Positions 54,901-64,000 of a stretch of 64,000 nt of DNA are shown here, in pieces (within the stretch, counting starts at the first letter, position 1; the number at the start of each line of letters is the position of its first letter). Source of the stretch: Callorhinchus milii. Taxonomy: Eukaryota. The stretch lies in NCBI RefSeq assembly GCF_018977255.1, contig NW_024704764.1, forward strand, positions 1,116,001 through 1,180,000, given 5' to 3'. The notes beneath the pieces were generated by a model. That model was not told the origin of the DNA and made no database searches. It was given only the letters and a program-made list of their open reading frames with translations. A program made the position numbers and the translations under genes.

Positions 54901-56469
54901 CCGTTATCCACTAAATAGTCTCAGTGCTGTGACACTAAGACTATTCCCAACGCAAGGAAAGCATTTTCATGCGCACAGTGTGGCTCACTTCAAGAATCGA
55001 TGGACGGGAACGGATGGACAGGGAAAATAGCCAACCCCTGGTTAAATCAAAAGCATATTCCATATCACAAAGTAGATGGGCGATGGGCTGGAGTGCCGGA
55101 TAGCAAGAAAGTTTGGAATTTTCCTTTTTCCTGGATTCGATCAGTCGATTCGTCGGAATCCAAACTCGGTTGTGCGTGTGTTTGTGTGTGTGTTTGTGTC
55201 TGTGTGTGTTTTGAAAAGTGGCCCTATACCAAGTACTCAAGCGACGGAAATAACCATGTTGCAAGTAAACGAAATATTTACACTTTGGTCACTTTACAGG
55301 ATATAATTGAACCTAATATCCGGTGAAATTGTATGAAGGAAATCCTCACTTCCTGAGGAAGTGGATGAGTATAGCTGGGGTTCATGGAATACGTTTATTC
55401 AATTCGATTATTGCAGTTAGAAAATGGAATTTGTTCAATACGATTTATCCATTAAAGGGATTAATTGAAATGTACGAGCAATAGTTCCTCTAGCCAGGAC
55501 AGTGACATTTTGCATTAAAGCTTCTTTGGATGCATTGACAAGGCTATTTTTTAAAAAACACTTCTTCAGACTTGATGCAAATAGAAGCTTAAAACAGAAC
55601 AAACTAAAGACCTGTTGTTATGAGTTACCTTTCCTGTGGTCCTCATTCTCCTTTGGAACGCAAACCAGAGAGAGAGAGAGAGAGAGGTAGAGAAAGAGAG
55701 AGAAACAGAAAGCGAATTCATAAACGAAATTAACTTATAATCCAAAGAGCTACTCATTTTAGTTTGTCGGGTCATCCTCCCTTCTTCAAGACATTTCCTG
55801 TCCCTTTTCAAACACTTATTAACAATAAAAATCCTGGAATACTTAAATAGCAACACGCTATTTCGGTGGTATATTCTGTGAATATTGGTTAACATTCTTA
55901 AATAGTTATATTAATGAAATTTCTCTGTTCCTCTGTTCCTCTGTCTGTCTATTTATCTATCTTTCAATCAAAAAAAACGTGTATTACAAAAAAATGATTT
56001 ATAATTTATACACAGTATACTTTATGCAAATATACATTAAACAAAAGCAATTTTTTTTAGTAGTAAAGTATAAAGTTAAACCATTTTGCTATTGTATGGT
56101 TTGTACAGTAAATAAACTATATACATCTATAAATTCATACGCTGCTGTGCGCAATTGGCTGTCGCGTTTCGCCCACAAAATATACAGACAATTCACTTTA
56201 CAGTATACTCTGCGAAGCGCTTTGAAACGTCTCGAAGACATGATAAGGTGCTATACCAAATCCAAGGATTATTATTATTATATACAGACATATGTACAGA
56301 TCTATCTGTGCGTAGATTACGATAACATCAGCAGCTAGTATCCATACCAACCAGACCTAGCAAACTCACACAACAAAATTGGGCCTTTGTGAGCCACTGT
56401 AACAGCATTTCTTCTGGAGGGAAAGCAATCCACTTTCTAATTAAAATCCAACAAGTTTGCGATGAAAAT

Positions 56470-56553
56470 AACTGGAGTAATACAGGCAGTTTCTTGTCAC
56501 TGTGAACAAAGAGCAGCCCAACAACAGGAAACTACCTAAATCACACAACAGTT
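56470..56553 (-). ncRNA. MIR196: miR-196 precursor hairpin
   Basis: Mature UAGGUAGUUUCCUGUUGUUGGG at 56517-56538; 3p arm CAGUGACAAGAAACUGCCUGUA at 56481-56502 pairs with it; canonical position between Hox9 and Hox10. Confidence 0.96.
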
Positions 56554-56968
56554 GCATTTCACTTGCGCCAAAGATTGCACCTAATGAATGTAGTTTAGTC
56601 CCAATCGCAAACTAAAGACCATTTTGCTAAACGTTTTCTTTCGATCATAAAAACGTTCTATGGATTCTGAATTAAAAAGGACGAGTTATCACAAACTTCA
56701 AATTTGCAGTTGGTTCTATTCAACTATTTCAACTAGATGTTTTGCACATTGTTTATCTTACACTATTGGCCCTGTGAACGGGTGATCGAAATATTTTTTG
56801 AAAATGAAACAACCAATGTCACAGTTACCACAGTGATCTTTTAAAATTTTCATCTTCCATGTCAACCACGTGACTATTTAGCTCCCAAATTAAACCCAAA
56901 CCGCTATGAATGGTGCAAAAGTTCGCAAAGGAATTCAGCTGAATGCAGCCACAACGACATTCGTTTGC

Positions 56969-57000
<32 letters not shown>

Positions 57001-57194
57001 TAAAAAAAAGTCCTACCATTCCGTTCTTATCCTTTAAATGTGCTGCAGCCAAGTCTGAGCACCAGTTGGCCAAATCCGGCTTGAAGTTTGCAAAGCAAGT
57101 GTGGCATTTCCCTGATCTCAAAGTTGTGGTGCATGGCGTGCTGCTCCGAACCAAAGTGCCCAAACCCAACAGCTCCTACATGACAGCAACTCGC

Positions 57195-57340
57195 CAAACA
57201 TATTTACAAGCCATAAAATGTTATAAAAGCAGACGCGGTCGGCCATAATATACCGTCACTGCTCATAGTCAAATTACGACTGTCTAGATAGTATTTAAAT
57301 CACCCACACCGGAAATCAAATAAATTTAAACTACAGGCTT
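57195..57340. promoter_or_regulatory. Conserved element upstream of miR-196 (posterior Hox/Cdx sites)
   Basis: gccataaaa, ttataaaa, ggccataata and aaattacgactgtctaga cluster in the Hox10-Hox9 intergenic region. Confidence 0.5.
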
Positions 57341-60106
57341 TTTCTTTGGGATACGAAGCTTGTAGATTTCCCTTTCTTTTTTTTTCTCGCTCTTTTTTTT
57401 AACCATCAACTTGTCTATTTCAGGTCAATTTCACGGGTTCAAAATCAACCAACCACCATCCGTGATGTCCACGAGCCGGACTCCGATAAAGAAAAATCGC
57501 GGAATGAATGATCTTAATGAATTTTTAGAAGTTTTTTTGGGGGGGGGGTGAAACATCATGAAAGTCCAGACAATTGGAACTTATCTTTATTTATTTTAAA
57601 TCTGGATTTAACAGAGCCCTACAACGAGGCTAACGAATTAATACAACGACTTTAAGCCGTAAAAAAACCTATAACATGCCATACAAAACATTTAATACAC
57701 AATGTAAAATGAAAATATTTAATTTCAACTGTTATTGGTAGAATTACAGTGAGAATATTGTTGTCCACTATTTACACTGTGTCACTTCCATGGATGAGGG
57801 TTTCGTGGTTAGTTCAGTGTCATAGCAGTGAACAAGAAATGACGAGAAAATCAGGAATAGTCTTTGGTGTAATACGTTTGTTTCTTTAAAAATAAATAAT
57901 TTTTTTTTACATTTTTCGAAGTTCTAACATCTAGTGTAACAAACGTCTCCCTAATTCGGCACAGGAAAAGGCGAAGTAACGAAGAAACGATCAAGGTTTA
58001 ATAATCTTCAGACATTTTGAGAAACATGTATCACAGATACGTGATTTCTAAGTACAACACACATTTTAATTAGTATACAATATCTACTCAAGGTGAAAGT
58101 TTGCTGTAAGAGGTATAAACTGTGCACTCGCTTGTTTGGCAAACTCAGGTTAACCCTGACCACTATTTTCACATTTGGCTACAACCCCCCTCCCCCCCCC
58201 CCGCCCCCCCTACACCCACCCACCCTCCACCCGACCCCCACCCAAATTGGTTTCCACCTTAGAGAAAATGTTCTTCTGTTTCATCAGTCGAATTAGCTGG
58301 TGCACTTAGTTTGCGATTCTGTCACTGATATCACGTTAATTCCGCTTTCTGTCACTCTGTTCGTGCTAGCTTTGATAAGAAAACCTTCCATTGCAACTAT
58401 AACGTGGATTAGAAGGCGAAAATAAATCATTAGCTTAAGTCTGGAACTTGTGGATGAGGTCAGGGTGCAATTGGATCTCACCAAGATGTTGTTCCCCAGC
58501 ATTTTCCAAAGCGAAGCATATCTTTCAAAGTGGAACGAAGTGTCTGGGGTATTTATAGGCGTGGTGGGGGTGGTGAGGGGTTATAGACAAAGAGCAGGTT
58601 TTAATCATAAAAAGTTCATATTTACAGGCTATTTATGCAAATTGTGTGCCACTGGAGATGTGATCTGGAGGTGTCGATGTCAGGTGACGAATGATTTCAA
58701 TTACTTGATTTTAATCAACACATCGTACAAACGTCACCTGTTTAAGCAAAGTCCTGTATGTTCATGGCATCGCATTAAGATTTAGTCATCCGAGTTGACA
58801 TGTGTAATCCTCATTTTAAAAAATCCCTTAGGCATCCAACAGCTGTTGGTGTCTTCGTTGATATTTAGTGTAGTAACCACCTCAGGTTTTCACATAATCA
58901 TTTTAAGCAGAAACAAACTCAACATCTGTTGACCTCCAACAATGCAGTTCTACCTATCGAAGGCATTATTTTCGTAAACTCAGTTCCACCGTCCTTTGTG
59001 CACTGGAGCTATACTGGAAAGGTAATATCGACAATTTGGGGGTTGGTAGGGTGGGTGGGGCGTGTCCTAAAATGTCTCTTAAATATATTGAACACTGTGT
59101 GGAGAACAATACCCAATCCCACGTGCATTGAAGTAACAGAGAAATTCACGTTTTGACACTTTTGTAACAAAAGGATGATAAAATAATTCGCAGGGAATCT
59201 GTCATAGGAAGGAAGCGAGGGTTAGCAGTTATTGGTGAAGAGTAAAGCCAAGGACAACTATTATACAAAAGGTTTTCTTTGCTCTTTATCAGATCGTCTT
59301 CCATTTTACGAGGAAACTTGGATTTGCTTCAATAAACAATGGAATGGATCTATTCCAGGCTGACATTTCCCCACAAACAAGAAATATTCCCAATTTTATT
59401 CCCTAATACTCAAATTGCTCCACAACGAGTACAATGTTCGCGACATTTGTGACAAGCATGGTTGTTTCAACTGTTTCCTGCCCATTTATGTTTGTTGTTG
59501 CACGTTAATGACAAAAAAAATTAGGTGTACAAATGGCTTACTCTAGGACATAAACTAAGTATAAAATTGCTCTATTGTCCCGGCATAAACTCAAGTCGCA
59601 GATTTTAAAATGGTTATATTTCTAAGCGTAACATACACGTGTAACCAACTATGCGCCCATTTTAATCAAATGTAATTCAATCCAAATGCCACGAAAGGAG
59701 GACGATGAAAATATCATCCGAGCCAAATATTTGTTTTATCAAATGTTTTCGATTATTTTCCTTATAATTAGTTAATAGGACGCCTAAGTTAATTTATTTC
59801 ATTAATGCACGTCTGCACAGTTTCAGGGGACACTGTAGTTTTTATTTTATGTAGAGTTAACAAGCAAATCCCAAAAAATTGAGGTTGAGTTATTTTGAAC
59901 TTGCAACCTCTGGGCTCCATCTTGTTTCTTTCTCCTTCACCCTCCCCCACTCCCTACCACCCCGCTGGCTGAATGTTGTTCTAGGGACTAGACTTGTGAA
60001 CTTGCAGCTCTACTACCCCCCGGCCTGTCAATGTTGTTGTAGAGTCTAGACTTCTGCCAAAAAAAAACGAGTCGTTTGCATCTGCTATCCAATTAATAAG
60101 TGCTAA

Positions 60107-60378
60107 TCAGATTGGGAAACTGGTTGGCATTTCTCGAATTCTATTTTCCCTGCTCATCTTTTTCAGCTTCATTCTTCTGTTCTGAAACCAGATTTTGACT
60201 TGTCGGTCAGACAGATTCACGCCCCGGCTGATCTCCAGTCGGCGCTCTCGAGTCAAATACATGTTAAAGAGAAATTCCTTTTCCAGTTCCAGGGTCTGGT
60301 GTTTAGTGTATGGGCAGCGTTTCTTCCTTCCGCCCTTCGGAGTCAGCCAGTTTGTCGCATTCTCCGCCTTTGTGTGTT
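60107..60378 (-). CDS. HOXB10: HoxB10 exon 2 (homeodomain); exon 1 is beyond the right edge of the window
   Basis: [42 protein letters not shown]...[11 protein letters not shown] is diagnostic of paralog group 10; acceptor gattgacag at 60379-60380. Confidence 0.93.
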
Positions 60379-63300
60379 CTGTCAATCGGGAAAAACAAAT
60401 TGTCAAACGGACTGCCGAATAAAAGTGTTCTTTCTTTATTTAACCCCAACAGCATCGTGACCCGAGATTCAAAAGGGTCTCTCATTTGAGGAAATATTAG
60501 CGAACCATCCACGATTCTTCTTGGATCAAAACACAAACTGTAGACGGTGCTGGACCTCAAATTAGTGGAACCTATTTTTATTTTTCAATCGCGACGTTAG
60601 TTTCGTCCAGGAATCGAAGGGGAGAATTCACTTTGCGACAGGGCCAAAAGTTGCACACTTAGAACTTAATTCAGAATGTTTACGAAATACATGAAGACGG
60701 TGTAACTATATCAAAAGTTACTGATTTGCAATCTAATGCAATACAATATCGCTCGAAGAGAGCCTTTGTATAGCCTTATGACAGCAGCCCTCGAAGTGAA
60801 GTGATATATACATATATATATAATGGATAGAACGTGCCAGAATCATTGAACATGCTCTTTTACACACGACCTGCGCTGCCTAACAAAAGCAGGACTTTAG
60901 TATTATATATATATGTGTGTGTGTGTGTGTGCGCGCGCGCGCATAAAATAAACCTAAACTCATTTGTACTGAACCGGTTGGATTTATCAGCGAAACCACA
61001 TTGACATCTATTGTTATTCCTTTAATGAATAATATCCATTGGACAATCGCGTCACCTTCTTTTTCTAACTGGATGGATGCATTAGCAAATAGCTCTTCTA
61101 CACCCCCGAGTTGTCGGCCACGCACGCGACCGTTGTTCGTGACCAGGTTCCTCGCTTCCGAGCGCACAATAAGGCGCTCATGCACTGAATTGCACGAAGG
61201 TTATGATTTATACAGTAAAGGGATGTTGTCGTTTTGAAAGGAGAAGCGCACAGATACTTGGAGCTTTTTCTTTACGGGAGGGATTATCGATAGTGCCAAA
61301 CAGCTCCCCCCCCCCCCCCCCCGCTATTCATTCACCTTTTAATGGAAAGTTTTAACCACAGTCTTATCATTTTGCATTCCAACACGGTCAGAATGAAGTC
61401 CTTGTGTTCAACGAGTGATACACACTGAAAGCTGCAGTAACTGTCTCGCCACAGAAGTAATCAGACTTACACAGCGGTTGTTGTTTGTTAATTGTCAAAG
61501 GATTGTCAAGGAACTTTCACATGGGCGCGAAAAGTTGCATAAAAGCACCCCCCAAAAAAAACTATTTATGTGGAAGCGTTTAAGCAAAACACCAATCATT
61601 TCAAAAACGGTGAGGATTGTAAATGGTGTGAGAACAAAATCTCAAGATTTTAATTCATTGTCTATTAACCACTCGTCTGTGAAGGTTTTATGGTCACGCT
61701 TCAAATAAACTTTCATTGCTCGGTTGAGGTGAAAATTGACTGGAAATAAAGACGGTTGGGATGGAAAGCATTGGATCTGATTATTTTAATGGCTTTGATT
61801 ACAGTTTCAACAGGGGAAACTTTTAAAATTTTGAGGAGCAATGAAGAAATAATGTAATTGTTCTATGTTTACCTGAGACAACAATCCATTCTATATTCTT
61901 CATAAACTTAATTTTAAAAAATCGATCCTTATTGAGCTGAGGCACTCGCTTGCTGGAATAATATGTCCACCACAGTGGCTTTGTCCTGAAAACTTAACCG
62001 AACGTTTTCGCTTGTTACCATTGAATCAAAACACCAATACCGTTTGAGTTTATAGAAACAATAACATTTATATCTGATTGAAAAAAGAGAAATATTAATG
62101 GACATAAGTTGCCAGCAGAAGTCTGGATTAGATGGCTCAAGTAGAGAAAAATATCAGCTCAATGACTTGCTGTAATACTGTATGATTCTATGTTATAATA
62201 ATACTCCTACTCGTGTTCTTGTTAGAGGGAAACCACATTCCCAAATCATCACATTAAGTATAGTATTACGAAACCCTCGGTATCAAATGAAATCTGATAA
62301 TAATCTTTCTGTGCTTCAGTACAGCCCTTTAACCAATAAAGATTCACAATTATAACTGTATGTACCAGCTAATAAACAGGAGAGCTACTTTAATACTAGT
62401 TAATATTTCTACCCAGAAAATAAGGTACAAGGAACGTATTGTGATGCTCAAATTAATATTTTGTCTGAAAGGTCATACTTGCCATGTATTTCCTGATTAT
62501 ATGCTTCTTTCATTTTGGTCTCTAATCTTTCGAGAAAAAGGGGAAAAAATGTGTGATACGATAGTTGGATTGAATCCTGTCTACATTTACGGGTTCTTTG
62601 TTTGTATTTGTTGTGCTATTTATTCTTTGTTTACTTTCTACAATTTAATTGAGCAACCCCTTAGATCAATAGGAACACTATTTGTTGAGGTCATTGCAGT
62701 GTGGCCTTGGACCCAATACTTTTCAAACGCAGTAAATGGCAAAAGAAGGCGAAATGGAGAGAAGCAAGACTGGAATGGAATAAGCGATAACAAACCACTT
62801 TGTGGCTTAGTTTGAGTAATGAAACGTAAATCAAAAATGTACCTTTAAACAGCTTGCTAATGATTAATCGGCTAAGTTTTTTTTAAGCAGCTGCTTGCTG
62901 CTTTATACTACAATAATTATTTGATAGAAGCAAAATCTAGACACATAAAATAGGTTAGCAGCAGTTCTCTCAGTCATTGCAGTGTCTGAAAGGTACGATT
63001 TCAATTTTGAATCCAACCTAAAGTCTAACTGCACTTTAGTAGTCTCGCCACAGATAAATGAAGACATGAAGGTATGAATGAAGAAAAAAAAACTTTTGTT
63101 CAAATCATTGGCAAACAAAGAGTAACGTAGTTTAATACTTCTAGGTATTGTTCTTCCCTAGTACTGAGGAATAAATTGAATAACGTATACATATCTTTTA
63201 AATCCACTGCATTATATATCAGATACTGTATTGATTTTAAAAAAGTGTTGAATCGTACGCAATGCATGTGTTGCAAAGACACTTGGTATTGCATGATCTG

Positions 63301-64000
63301 TCAGAGGATGTACTTAAGTTCGTGAGAAACGTCTTCATGCCAAACAGCAAAGAATAAGTCAGTGTTTTTGCACACTGGAGGATTCAAACCAGAATTTGCA
63401 GTATTTGTATGAGAAATTCAGACCTGGCCCATCTATTTGACCATCCGATAGAGTCCATAAATCCAATGCCATTTAACCTGAAATTGCGATGGAATGAATC
63501 TGAATCTCGTGTAGGCACCATTCAAGTATGGGATTAATGCAGTGCGTATTCAGGCAACATATATCTTAAACGAAAACAGCATTTGGAATGCAATAACTTC
63601 TCTTGCAGAATAGGAGAATATTTGCCTCGGGGAGTATTTATTAATTGTCTGAATAGTGTCGCCCAAGAGATATAATAAATCTCCAGAAAATTATACTCTT
63701 AAGTTAAAATATATCACAAATGTTCACATTATGCCTGAACCTCCCTGCCTCATATTTACGGTTGGGTTACTTGGTTCGTGAGCTGAACACTCGGTAACAA
63801 TCTACAATTAAATGAAAGAAGTATAATATCTAGATATTATCTTATTCATTGCATCATCTCAGCTAAACTGTTACCAAACATACGCATAGCAGGGAATAAT
63901 CAACTGTGAGGGAGTAGGGTAATTTACAAAGAAATTGGCAACTTCAGAATATTTGAACTTTGCAACTTGTTTTTCGAAAAATAGTGCTGGGAAATTATTG

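Noticed and set aside
60880-61237. ORFs in the HoxB10 intron as a possible exon 1
   Set aside because: No similarity to Hox10 N-terminal motifs.

Overview
Eukaryotic, AT-rich vertebrate DNA containing the central part of a HoxB cluster, with all genes on the minus strand. Left to right: the upstream non-coding region of HoxB3 (its CDS lies left of the window), HoxB4, miR-10, HoxB5, HoxB6, HoxB7, HoxB8, HoxB9, miR-196 and the homeobox exon of HoxB10 (exon 1 lies right of the window). Having both paralog groups 7 and 8 identifies the B cluster. A retained HoxB10, compact spacing and a shark-type SINE tail suggest a cartilaginous fish (inference). Each Hox gene has two exons and a phase-1 GT-AG intron, with boundaries read from the sequence. 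Recognisable regulatory elements include DR5 RAREs flanking HoxB4, the HB-1 intron element, CTCF motifs, the Hox7-6 conserved element and miR-196 target sites in the HoxB8 and HoxB7 3' UTRs. Main anomalies: (1) HoxB4 exon 1 has a 1-bp frameshift and has lost its first ATG, either an assembly error or a real lesion; (2) the resident miR-196 has the C12 (196b-type) sequence and mismatches the HoxB8 slicing site; (3) a dense Pumilio-element cluster lies just 3' of the miR-196 hairpin. I found no convincing wholly new system; these are candidates to test.
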